Below are positions 36,501 to 48,206 of a stretch of DNA of 64,000 bases, in pieces. The DNA is from Octopus sinensis (Eukaryota). The position numbers and the translations under genes are program-made. Position 1 is the stretch's first letter. Every line of letters starts with the position of its first letter. The stretch covers positions 47,120,001 through 47,184,000 of the forward strand of contig NC_043005.1 in the NCBI RefSeq assembly GCF_006345805.1, in the 5' to 3' direction. A model generated the notes under the pieces. It did not search any database. It saw only the letters and a list, made by a program, of their open reading frames with translations, and was not told the origin of the DNA.

Positions 36501-36808
36501 ATCATAAATGACCATGGGATTGCACTCAGAAACATCCCTTTCAAGGAGAAGTCCGAGCATGGAAAGCCAGCAATTGCCCATGCATACCAGCCTCCCCACT
36601 CCACGCCATCGTTATTACCCAAAGGAAAGTCAAAGGCAGATACAGCTTGGAGCCAGCGACGCCGCGACTCATTTCTACAGCTGAATGAACTGGAGCAACG
36701 TGAAATAAAGTACCTTGCTGGAGAACACAGAAGACGGCCCAATGCGGGAATCAAACTCACTATTTCGTGATAGTGAGCCTGACGGCTCTTACCACTGAGC
36801 CATGCGCT
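36501..36808 (-). mobile_element. tRNA-derived SINE family 4
   Basis: Minus strand AGCGCATGGCTCAGTGGTAAG (A box), GTTTGATTCC (B box-like), then CAGCAAGGTACTTTATTTCACGTTGCTCCAGTTCATTCAGCTGTAGAAATGAG; a related piece occurs at ~7100-7165. Confidence 0.75.
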
Positions 36809-36952
36809 AAATTTATCGGTATAGCTCGGTACAACTCCATAAAACTGCTAAAGGAAGTTGGTATCATTAGGCTGTATCCGACATAATAAAATCGGAGCTT
36901 TTATGTCCCTACTCAAAAGCGTTTCACGTAAGCGAACTTCAAGGATATAAAG

Positions 36953-37194
36953 CAGTGGCTCTCAACTTGGGTCCACATGGCCCTTGGGCATCTATAAAAG
37001 ATGTTGTTAAAATTTATGTGCAATAAATTGGCTACACTTCTACAATACATAAAATATTTTAATAATTCAAATTTTTATACAATTTCTAATGATATTTAAT
37101 TATAAAAATATAATAGGATTTTTTAAACATCATATCACTATGATGGAATAGGAATCAGAGGGGTCAATAAGGAAAAAATTGTTGAGAATAAATA
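36953..37194. mobile_element. hAT (Charlie-like) MITE, degraded copy of the 55249 family
   Basis: Starts CAGTGGCTCTCAAC-TTGGGTCCACATGG.CCTTGG, ends GTTGAGAA; internal match to 55249-55574. Confidence 0.75.
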
Positions 37195-37419
37195 TCATAA
37201 AATATCTTATTTGATACGCTCTCTAACAGTTCTTCTTATTCACTGCCCTAGATTAGCACCGACGGAACAGCTTACCTTGGCCAAATTTGAACTGAGCGCA
37301 CGTAGAGCTGGGAAAATCTTCTAAAGACTCCGTCAACGCGTCTTCTGGTTTGAACATTTTATCACTTAGAATTTAATTTAAAAATTGAAGTTTCTTTAAA
37401 AATTTCTTGCATATATTTC

Positions 37420-37635
37420 TTTCTAATTTTGGCACAAAGTCAGCATTTTTTTAATGGAGTATGTGGATTATGTCATCCTAAGTAGTCAGTTCGTAATTAC
37501 CTTATCGGTTTCAAAGTACAGAACGCAAAGTTGATCTCGATGTAATTTGAACTCAGAACACAGAAAGACGGAAAAATTACTTGTTAATTGTTCTGCCACT
37601 CACTACCTTTGTCGTACGCGCTAACGATTCAGTCA
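37420..37635 (-). mobile_element. SINE family 2, diverged, alternative (non-Tx1) tail
   Basis: Minus strand GGC..TGAGCTG..GAATCGTTAGCGCG..GTTCTGAGTTCAAATT..GAG.TC.ACTTTGC; ends TGCTGACTTTGTGCCAAAATTAGAAA. Confidence 0.7.
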
Positions 37636-38859
37636 GCTCAATGCCTTTCAGCACTTCCATATTTAGATAAAACTTTACATATTTTAAGAGAGAACATTCG
37701 TGTACACGCCGAAATGTTAACATTCGAAGAACGAGTAAATAACCTATGGTATGTGTTGGCAAGATGAAGATCAAAAAAGAGAACACTTCGAACTTCTTTA
37801 ATTTTTCAAAATTGAGAAAAAAGATAAAGAGAAACTCAGTGATGTTATCACTTTCATTATAATAATTTCGTTGGCTTACAGTCAAAACTGCAGAACACGC
37901 GCAAACACACTGGCATGGTACACATATACACACACTAACGCTCACTTTCTCCCTCTATCTCCCTCTCTTTCTCGCCCCTCTCTCTGTCTTTCCTTCTCCT
38001 TCTCTTCAATCTCGGATGAAGGGGGGAAAACCATGAGGTTCGATTTGTGACACCTCATAGAAACTGGACACAATAATCTCATTGTTACTTAGCATAGTTT
38101 AACTCGGATCGGGCAGCTCTATCGCCAAAATCATTTGAGCTATGCCTATCTCGTCTGTTTAGAAGTATATAGAAAAGACTACGTTACATAAAATTTCATT
38201 TCCATATTTAAGGCGGTTGAGTCTGGGTCAAAGGAAACTTGGCTGCTATTCCTAGCAGATCTATTGACCACGGAAATGCTACCCGTTGACTCTACATTTA
38301 ACAAATAATGAAGACACATCTATATCATTTTTAAGAAACGAAAGCTTCCGCACAACTGTTTACTCAAAGAAACTAAATTTAAAATAAATATTGTCAGTAA
38401 TTTAATTTTACGAAGAATGATTGATTAGTTTCACTTGATACAAATATTTTACGAAGAACACAAATAGAAATTTTTCTCTTTTATAACATTTCTCAAGGAT
38501 ATTATCAAGGTAAATAAAATGAACATATAATAAATGAGAACGTATCTGGATCGATGTTTTGCGCCACCCAAACATGACATCTCGCTTTATGACAGTCACC
38601 AGAGCTTTTAAGAGCAGCTTGATTTAATTTCAAATTTTAGTCAGCGTAATTAATTCATATGATTAATGAAGACCGAACAGTATATATATATTTTATTTTG
38701 AAATATGGATAATCTTATACTATTAATATAACGAAATAGATGTGGCTGTATATGTAATCATCGATCTTCGTCTGCAGCAAGTGACTTACTGTTTGGTATG
38801 AAGTAGTTTGAACGAGTATCTATTATAACAGTCTCTATTATTACCATTGCACACACAAA

Positions 38860-39011
38860 CATACATACATATACATATACATATACATATGTATATATAT
38901 ATATACATATATATATATAATATATACATATATATATATATATATAGATATATATCATATATATATATATAATATATATATATATAATATATATATATGC
39001 ATACATATATT

Positions 39012-39065
<54 letters not shown>

Positions 39066-39086
39066 CATATACATACATATACATAA

Positions 39087-39117
<31 letters not shown>

Positions 39118-39547
39118 TATACAATATACATATTCACAAATACATATGTATATATGTATTTGAGAGATATATATATCTACAAACACACACATATATATAC
39201 ATGTATATACTCACATACATATATATGTGCATATACACATACATATATATAATATATATATAATATATATATATATATATCTGCATATATATATACATAT
39301 ACACACACATATATATATATATAAATATACACATATATATATATAAATATATATATATGCATACATATATATATACATATACATATATATACATACACAT
39401 ATACATACATACACACACATATATATATATATACATATATGCATACATATATTTATATATACATATATATACATACAAATATATATATAAATATGTAAGT
39501 ACACATATATGAATATATAGTGGCATACACGAGCACGTATATGTGCG

Positions 39548-39580
<33 letters not shown>
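38860..39580. repeat. Long complex (TA)n/(TACA)n array ending in (TG)n
   Basis: Direct reading. Confidence 0.9.
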
Positions 39581-39585
<5 letters not shown>

Positions 39586-40974
39586 CCTGTGTGTTGTCAT
39601 TGCTACAGCAAATCTTCTAAAATGTTAGACATTCCGAACGATATAATGTCATATTACAGAAAAGCAAAATGACATGTAAAATACCAAATTTTGAAAAATG
39701 ACCCGAAAGAAAGTTTGAAAGAGATTACAGAAAATTCGGCTTCTCTGAAAGTTTTTCTATAATTTCATATTGTACATAGTGTACAATAATGCCTGCTTTA
39801 AGGCGGTCGATTGACAAATTATTTCATTTCATATTTACACGAAAATTGTTCTACGAACTCATTGTCAATGATTGATATTGCTATACTGTCAGTGAAATTA
39901 TAAGATCTGTGTTTTGTTCTTCATGCGTTCAGCGTTGTGAAAAAGAATTCTTTAGCTATTTTCAGATAGTATCTCTGCTAAGTTGAGAAATACTAATGAA
40001 TGGTTAAGGTCTCCTCTACTGCCGAAGGAATTTCGAAGGTTATCGTAGACCCTTAGGTAAACTGAAATCTTAATCATTATAATTTCTGACCACGTTTACG
40101 CTACTTCTAAAAGAGTATTGAACCGCAGAAATGTTCAATAGTGTTTTTAAAATGATGGTATTTTCCCTTCTGACTGACCGATTTTCTTGAAGTAGGATTC
40201 CGCACAAATGCCAAGCACCATTAATTTATAGTTAAAGTTTCTTGGTATGACCATGCAATAATTGTAACTTAGTATGCGCCCGGAGTAACATATCTCTTAT
40301 GTTTCATGTATTTCAGATCAAAAAGAAGTCGAGCAAAAATATCTGCAGTTTACATCAAAATTAATATTCTGCTTCAGATGATAGCGACATATTTTACGTC
40401 GTTTTTTATTTTCTTTTCAAGCCAAGAAATTAGTTGAATGGCGCGAGAAAAAGTAATACTTCTTTACCTTCATCGAACATTAACGGCAATATCAATATTT
40501 TTTAATAATCGGGAATTACCATTTTGGCAGAGTTAGTAGCCAAAAAGATGTTTAAATTTGGCTCAAGGTATAGTGTATAGAAATACATTTAGAAATGCAG
40601 ATTATTGATAAATAAAGATAAAACTTTTTTTATGAAGCTCATTTTAGATCACAAAGATGGCTTCTTTTCAATCTTGAACATAAATCAAATACTGAAATAA
40701 AAAGGAATATAACAAAACTAGAAAACAAAATGACATGAAAGTTTAACGTTATTCTATAAATATTAATAACTTGTTTAAGAACAATTCTCTAAGTTCATAG
40801 AGGAAAGAAAAAATTGTGTAAGAAATTCATATATTTTTCAACGGTATTAGTGGTTTAAGTAAATTTATTGTCTTCGGTTGGTCGGGGATCGAAACCAGTC
40901 CACACTAGTAATATTACACATTAACTATATCGCACTGTAATAATCCTTTCAAATGTTGCAGAAGGCTAGCAATT

Positions 40975-41155
40975 TTGAAGGGAGGCTGAAGTTGATTACA
41001 TCGACCCAGTACTTGACTGGTGCTTATTTTATTGACCAGAAAGGTTGGAAGGAAAAGCCGACCTCATTGGTATTTGAACTCAGAAAGTAAAGAGCCGGAA
41101 GAAATGTTGCAAATTACTTTGTCTGGCATGCTAACGAATCTTCTAGCTCATCATA
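40975..41155 (-). mobile_element. SINE family 2, diverged
   Basis: Minus strand GAGCTAGAAGATTCGTTAGCATGCC..TTCTGAGTTCAAAT..GAGGTCGGCTTT..AATAAGCACCAGT..ACTGGGTCGATGTAATC. Confidence 0.7.
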
Positions 41156-41269
41156 TTCGCACTGTAATAATACTATTAGATGTACTTGGTAAGGTATGTG
41201 TGAGTCTTTAAAATATTCAAGAATATTTAAGAAAATCACAAAGATATCGACAATTCCTTTCTTAACGCA

Positions 41270-41652
41270 CTTGGACAACAGATGTGGTTGCTGAGACCTA
41301 GCATTTCTTAAAAATTTAGTCACTACTTAACTCAAACTATTAAGTAGAATGCTATTCAAGTTACACAAAAATGCTATTCAAGTTACAGGAACTGAACTTG
41401 GAAGTATTCTGTCATTCACCACATTCACCAGACTTTTTACCTACTGACTATCACGTTTTCCAGGCATTAGGCAACTTTTGCAAGAAGAAAATTTCAAATC
41501 TGAAGAAAATGAAAAAACAGCCTTTCGATAATATGGCAAAATTGTGTTGATAATTTAGGTACATACTTTGATTAACTGCATTGCTTTTTGTTGAGATACA
41601 GTAAAATAAACTTCCATTTCAAAATCGGACATTTCATTCTTAATGACTTGAT
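41270..41652 (+). mobile_element. Mariner transposon 3' fragment
   Basis: LQELNLEVFCHSPHSPDFLPTDYHVFQALGNF (YSPDL-motif region) followed by an ITR-like end before TA. Confidence 0.7.
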
Positions 41653-41682
41653 ATTATAATCAAGATGATTATTATTATTATA

Positions 41683-41927
41683 TGTTTGACTTTTGCTTTA
41701 TATTTGTACAGAGACCCCCAAGAGACAACAGGTTGGAAGATCACGTTGTTGTTATGCCTAGTGTGCCATATATTTGGTTGTTTTTTTGTGTTGTACTAGT
41801 GGATGTCTAAAAAAAAATGTTAGTTTTAAACCTTGAGATTACATAGAAAGTATTTTGCGTAGGATATGAGCAGTTCCCATGAGCACTATCTTTTGAATTT
41901 CTGCCATTTTGGGGTTTCCCTGGTATC
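41683..41927 (-). mobile_element. R4-clade non-LTR element, second family, 3'-end fragment
   Basis: Minus strand IPGKP/KMAEIQKIVLMGTAHILRKILSM* (stop 41839-41841) parallels IPGLPSLQEVQKIVLTGTSHVLRRALSM* of the long element; 3' UTR ends in a short (TAA)n at 41667-41682. Confidence 0.75.
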
Positions 41928-41999
41928 GGGAAAAAGAAAAGTATGCAAACAAGGAAAATAATTCTAAATTTTGAATTTCGTTAAGTGTTCGCATTCATG

Positions 42000-42000
<1 letters not shown>

Positions 42001-42048
<48 letters not shown>
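42001..42048. repeat. (TTA)n/(TAA)n array at the 3' flank of the R4 element
   Basis: Direct reading. Confidence 0.97.
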
Positions 42049-42049
<1 letters not shown>

Positions 42050-45000
42050 TTTTTTTTTTCTTCTTTCAAATTTTCTTCCATTTCTTGCCGAGTGTCTTCC
42101 CGACTCCAAGGGCAAAGAAACTCATAGTGTATATTGGTAGGCCATTAAACCAAACTCAGTAGTTCGTTCATTTTTTTTTTTTTTTTTTTTTTAAAGTTAA
42201 ATTAAAATACATGAGCAGCAACAGTTCTCACATCGACAATGCTCTTCTCAATACGTGTGATGTACCAGTTAAAACAATCTTTTGCACTTCTTGCAGGGAT
42301 GGTAAGCCAGGGATCATTCTCATATAATTTTCGGTTCCCTTCTTGATCATTCCTAGTGCTCCTACGATCACTGGTATTGTAACCGCCTTGAGATGCCACA
42401 TTTTCTCAATTTCAATGAGTAGGTCTTTATATTTTCTGAGCTGTCAAACTCTTTCGCTGAGATATTATGATCACAGGGGATGATCATGTCGATCAATAAG
42501 CAAACTTTATTGTTTTGGTCTTTCACAACAATATCTGGTTTATTGGCCTTGATGGTTCGGTCTGTATGTACTGGAAAGTCCCACAGAATGGTTACATTTT
42601 CTCCTTCAGTTACAGCCTCAGGGTGGTGATTATACCACTTGTCGGCAGTTTTGATATTGTAATGCCGACTTATTAGCCAGTGGAGATATTGGCCAACTCT
42701 GTCATGTCTTAATTTATACTCCACTGGTGCTAAGACTTTACATCCAGAGATTAGGTGGTCCACTGTTTCAATCATGTCGTTGCAGAATCGGCATTTTGGG
42801 TCTGCTCCATTTTTCATCACATTGGCCTGGTAGTTCCGGGTTAATAGGCTTTGGTCTTGAGCAGCCAGGATGAACCTTCGCTCTCCGCTTTTAGCCCTGA
42901 GCTCCGCAGCCACTGATGGGTTTGCTTCTGGTCAACATCAGCTTGTTTGCTGCGGGTCACATATTTGCCGTGCAGAGGTTTCTCCTCCCACCTATCAGCC
43001 ATTGCTCGTGCGCTTTTTCATTGCCATCATTTTCACCTTCTTTGCAACAATAGTTGCCGTACTTCCCTCGGTTTGTTCAGTTTGGGTATCCTGCACGAGA
43101 TCAATAGCAAATTTTTGCTTTCCTTGATGATAGAATGAAGCTTCTTTCGTCTCTCGTGTGATTTTCCACGAGCTTTAGCATCCAGTCATTCGATATTTCG
43201 AGATATTTGGCCAGTCCAATTGTGGTTGTTTTGTAAGCTAGTTCAAATTGGATCAGGCCTCGACCTCCTTGGGCTCTGGGAAGGTAAAGGCGATCTACGT
43301 CTGCCTTTGGGTGGTGCATCCTATTACAACTCAGCACTTGCTTGCGTATTTTTCTATCTATATTCTTTACTTCACTCATATTCCAGTTCAACACATTGTA
43401 GCTATAAGTAACAACTGGAACTGCTAAGGAATTTATAGCTAACACTTGTTACGTGCATTTAGTTCAGATTTCAGGACTGCACGAACTCTCCTATAACATT
43501 CCTTCCTGATTTTCTCTTTCATGCTTGCATGCTGAATACCAGAGCCTTCATTTATCCCTAAATATTTGTATGTCTGTTCTTGCTCAAACTCTCTTATGAC
43601 TGTGTCAACATCTAACACGACTGAATTTGTGGTCTTCACTTTCCCTTTCTGGAAAGTGGCCTTGGCACACTTCTCAAGTCCAAACTCCATCCCGATGTCA
43701 TCGCTGAATGCTTTCACGGAGCGCAATAGGCCTTCAAGTTCATTATTGTCTTTACCATAAAGTTTTAAGTCATCCATATAAAATAGATGGCTTATTTTTT
43801 TATTGGCAATTTTATACCCATACCCTGTTCTGTTTAATTCACTTGTAAGGGGTATTAGGGCTATGCAGAATATTAAAGGTGAAAGTGAGTCACCTTGAAA
43901 AATTCCACAGTTGATGTTTATATTTTCTGAGGCAAGTACTCCATTAGAGTGGTATAATTGGAGATTCGTATTCCACAACGACATATTGTGCTTCAGGAAG
44001 TTTGAAATCACAGGGGAAATTTTAAAGATGTCCAGCGATCTCAAGATCCATGGATGCGGTATACTGTCGAAGGCCTTTTTAAAGTCAATCCATGCGGTGC
44101 TGAGATTTCTGCGCTTGTTGTGACAGTTCTCAAGGATCATACGATTGATTAGCAGTTGATCTTTGCATCCGTAAGTGCCTCGGCGGCACCCTTTTTGTTC
44201 AATGGGGAAAATATCGTTCTTCTCCATGAATGCATATGTTTTCTCCGCCAGGATAGATGTTAGGATTTTATACGTGGTGGATAGACAGGTTATAGGCCGA
44301 TAGTTTTTTGGAAGGTTGGTTTCGTTATTCTTTGGGAGTAGGTAAGTAATGCCACTTGCTAACCATTCAGGTGTTTTCTTTGGGTCTCTCAAAATTCCAT
44401 TGAGCAGCTGAACTATCTTACCGTGTGCGCACGGGAGCGATGCGAGCCAGAAATTCGGCACCCTATCTTTACCGGGGGATTTCCAATTATGGGCCTTCGT
44501 GAGTGCCTTTCTTAGGTCTGCTATTGTGATGTCTTCCCATGCTTGTTGTTGTAAATTTTGGTAGGATCCTTCAGTTTGTATAATCCAGTCTGCATTTATG
44601 TTGTACGTCTTCTTGTCACTCCAAATCCTTTCCCAAAAGTTTTGAACTTCTTCCATGGGAGGGGGGTCTTTAACGGTTACTTTCTCCTTCCCTATTTCTC
44701 TGTAGAATTTTTTGGCATTGGATGTGAACAGCTTATTTTGCTTGTAAAACTTGTTTCTCTTCTCAAATCTTCGTATTCTTTGGGCTTTTGCTTGGACTTT
44801 TTGTTTCAGCGTTTCTTTTATTGATATCAGTTCTTCTCTTGGTGAGGATCCAAATTTTCTCTTCATCTTTCTTCCTGTTCTGGATCTTACATCATTTCCA
44901 CATATTAGTTCATTTAATATTGATATTTCCCCTCTCATAAATTCAATCTCTTTTTCAATTTTACTTCTCCAGGTTTGATTTCTTCCCAGGTTTTGTTTTC

Positions 45001-45908
45001 TTTGTTTTTTCGGGGGCATACAGCTGGTTTCAATTGCCCTAGCAGAAGCGTAAATAATTTCATTCAACTCAGTAAAATCAGGTTTTAATTCTCGTATTAT
45101 TTCATTTGTTACATAGTTGCCAATTTGGATTTGTTTTTTATTTTGGTTTGTATTTGAGAGTTTATGAAGCGGTTCTCTATCATTCATACTTGTATGTCTT
45201 ACAACTTCAAGCGTATTCAGGATTTTCTGCCTCATTTCTGCCATAGACTCTCTGTGTTCTTCAGCAAATGCGAGATCTTCAGTTACTGTTGTTTTTTCGT
45301 TTTCCTGGCTATCTTTAACAGGTACAATAGAATTTCTTGTATCTTCAGGCCTTTGCGTACTTTGGTCAGATGGCAGTCTTTCAATTAAGCCTCGTGGCGG
45401 GCTATACTGTTCATCTGATTCTTCATTTCCTTTGTGTCTTATATTTATGTCATTTTCCGTTGCGTGCTTGATCGCACTTATTTCACTCTCTGTGAGTCTG
45501 TTATTTCTAAAGATATCCCTCCTCACATTTGCTAATTTGTTCTCGTCCAAATAGGGCCTACTGTCTTGATTCCATGTTCTCCATATACTGTAAGAGTTTG
45601 CGGTGTGTCTCTCTTGAGATGGCCTACCTAATGCATAGTAATAAGCGTATATTACTTCTTTATGCTCTTCTCGGGTCCATTTGTTCCGCTTACATTTTTC
45701 TTTCTGTGGTGGTTGTGGTGGTGAACTTGGAGGGCTCGAGTTGGGGGATTTCCCGTTCAAGTGACCATCCATGTCCGTATTCGGAGAAGAGTTTGTGCCA
45801 GTTGATGACTTTTCGATCCCAGGCTGGCTCTTCCCTGGGGGACGCGCTTCCAGATTAACCATAGGACAAGCGATTTGGTATACTGATTTAGTTTTCCTTT
45901 TAGATTTC

Positions 45909-45909
<1 letters not shown>
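42049..45909 (-). mobile_element. R4/Dong-like non-LTR retrotransposon (RT + restriction-like endonuclease), near full length, in (TAA)n
   Basis: Single long ORF architecture, ~50-nt 5' UTR, A-rich 3' end; (TAA)n arrays on both sides. Confidence 0.9.
42228..45862 (-). pseudogene. R4-clade polyprotein (~1,210 aa if frameshifts are repaired): RT, CCHC knuckle, PD-(D/E)xK endonuclease
   Basis: 807 aa uninterrupted with KSPGKDRVPNFW, YRPITCL, DFKKAFDS, GIFQGDSLSP, YMDDLKLY; then frameshifted WEEKPLHGKY, AAQDQSL, CRFCNDMIETVDHLISGC, RHDRV, ILWDF, KPDIVV..LIDM, KYKDL, VIVGALG; stop at 42228-42230. Confidence 0.9.

Positions 45910-45963
<54 letters not shown>
45910..45963. repeat. (TTA)n/(TAA)n array at the 5' flank of the R4 element
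   Basis: Direct reading. Confidence 0.97.
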
Positions 45964-45964
<1 letters not shown>

Positions 45965-45965
45965 T

Positions 45966-46155
45966 GAGGCGGCGAGCTGGCAGAATCGTTAGAACGCCTG
46001 GCAAAATGTCATGCAGCATTTCGTTTGTCCTTACGTTTGCCTTGTGAGTGGATTTCGTAGACGGAAACTGAAAGAAGCCCGTCGTATATATGTATATATA
46101 TATATGTGTGTGTGTATATATGTTTGTGTGTCTGTGTTTGTCCCCCCCCCCAACA
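45966..46155 (+). mobile_element. SINE family 2 head (45966-46035) fused to an internal piece of SINE family 1 (46040-46155)
   Basis: GAGGCGGCGAGCTGGCAGAATCGTTAG..ATTTCGT..TTACGTT then CCTTGTGAGTGGATTT.GTAGACGGAAACTGAAAGAAGCCCGTCGTATAT. Confidence 0.75.
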
Positions 46156-46409
46156 TCAAGTGTGGGATTAATTGACTAGGATACCTACATTAGAATGCAA
46201 TAAGGAACTTCTTGGGCTATTGGCTTAAATGTTGCACCCTAGGGAGAGTTTCGAAAGGCGTATTCCATAACAAAAGCGAGGTAGTTATTCTTCAGTGTTA
46301 TTTATGGCTGCAGGGTTGCGTGGGAAAAAGAAAAGTATGGAAACGAGGAAAATAATACTAATTTTGAATTTCGTTAAGTGTTCGCATTCATATATACACA
46401 GAGACATGC

Positions 46410-46532
<123 letters not shown>

Positions 46533-46639
46533 TGTATATATATATAATAAAGGGTAAACTTAATTAATAATTATTAATTATTAATAATTTTACCGAGTAG
46601 TTTCGGCATGTTAAAAGAACCATTATCGGTAAACTTAAA

Positions 46640-46880
46640 CAACATTTTTTATTATAATTATGAGTATAATAATAATTAGTGTTCTGCAAAATATTTTCTT
46701 CATCACATACCGAAAATTTAGAAATAGCAGCCAAACACCTAGCCATTTCTCTAGAAATAGGTATTTCTCCAGAAATAGCTAGGTGTTTGGCTGCTATTTC
46801 TAAATTTTCGATATCTGGTGAAGCAAATTTTTTGCTGAACACTAATTATAATCATACTCATAATTATAAAAAAAATTGTG
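46640..46880. repeat. ~240-bp palindrome with a 33-bp perfect inner arm and twin central mini-hairpins
   Basis: 46711-46743 is the exact reverse complement of 46778-46810; outer arms are imperfect; centre c-ATTTCT-ct-AGAAAT-a gg TATTTCT-cc-AGAAATA. Confidence 0.9.
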
Positions 46881-46903
46881 GTATATATATATATATATAC
46901 ACG

Positions 46904-47067
46904 CCAGTGGGTGCTAGAAAGTTCCTAGCTTTAAGGGTATCGCAAAAAGCCTGGTTGGAGGCCCAAACTTCCGAATTCTTTTACAGGGCTTAGATAGCTG
47001 AAAGGCTTTCTTGTATTTTCTTGTATTTTCTTTTACCCAAAGCCAGGAACTTTTCAGCACCCCCTTG
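46904..47067. mobile_element. Mariner-type MITE
   Basis: TIRs GGGTGCTAGAAAGTTCCTAGCTTT / AAAGCCAGGAACTTTTCAGCACCC, right end CCCCCTTG|TA; a similar lone ITR lies at ~6880-6918. Confidence 0.75.
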
Positions 47068-47980
47068 TACATTCATATACACACGTAAACACAGGCACGT
47101 AAGCACGGAGGGGCCTACCGAAAAGTATGGGCATAATATAATTATATAACAGCAAGAGGAGGACACCTTTATTTTTATAAGGGATCAGAGTCTTACTCAA
47201 AACGTCTGGTACAGAAACTTCATGTATGCAAGTGTGTATGCATAAATAAATTTATGTTTATGTGTGGATGCGTGTGTGTGTGCATGTATGTGTATATACG
47301 CACACACACAAGCATACAATCATATTTACACACACATATATATAAACATAAACTCCTGAGTATGTGTATGTATATGTGTGTGCGTATGTGTGTGCGTATG
47401 TCTGCGAGTGTACGTGTATGTCTATGTACGCACGTGATTTATATGAATCCACAAAGTAGTTTTGGTTGGTTCTTAGTTAGGGCAGCGGATTGAATCTAAT
47501 CTCTCTAATCAGATTAAAGGACATTCTTGTTGAAATATATACTTTCGGACTGAGTGGTGATGCAATATCGCTAGCAACAGTTATTGCTAAAGTATCTAAG
47601 TTTGACCAATAAATATGAGAAGCTCTCCGCAGGGCAGGGAAAACCACACATGGGATTAAGTTCTAAAGCTGAAATCTCGCAAAATCTATTTTAACTACTT
47701 GAGTAATCCAATAAATATGTATACTTGCATGTAAATTGAAGAGAATTTGCAAGCAAAATGATGTAAGTGCATATATGTCTAATAGCTGATGTATTTATGT
47801 ATGATCTTTGATAATACGAAGAATTGTTCTTCTGAAAATGGTATGCGGTTTAAAGACTTTAAATTAAACTTTCTTTTACTTACTTATATGACTTGTAAAT
47901 ATGGTCCAAATTATTTCAAAAATAGAGCACTACACTAGCGTTTGGTTCTTTGTAATATTTACTTAAAGAACATACACTAA

Positions 47981-48130
47981 GCGCAAGTTTGGCTGCGTGG
48001 TAAGAAGTCTGCTTCCCAGTTTCATGGTTCTAGGTTCAGTCCCATTTCGTAGCCTATTGGGCAGGTGTCTTCTACTGCCGATCAATGTTTCGAGTGGATT
48101 TGGTAGATAGAAACTGAAAGAAACCTGTTG
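47981..48130 (+). mobile_element. SINE family 1 head
   Basis: GCGCAAG..TGGCTGCGTGGTAAGAAG..GGTTCAGTCCC..GGGCAGGTGTCTTCTAC..GAGTGGATTTGGTAGA.AGAAACTGAAAGAA. Confidence 0.8.
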
Positions 48131-48149
48131 CATATCTATCTATCTATCC

Positions 48150-48206
<57 letters not shown>

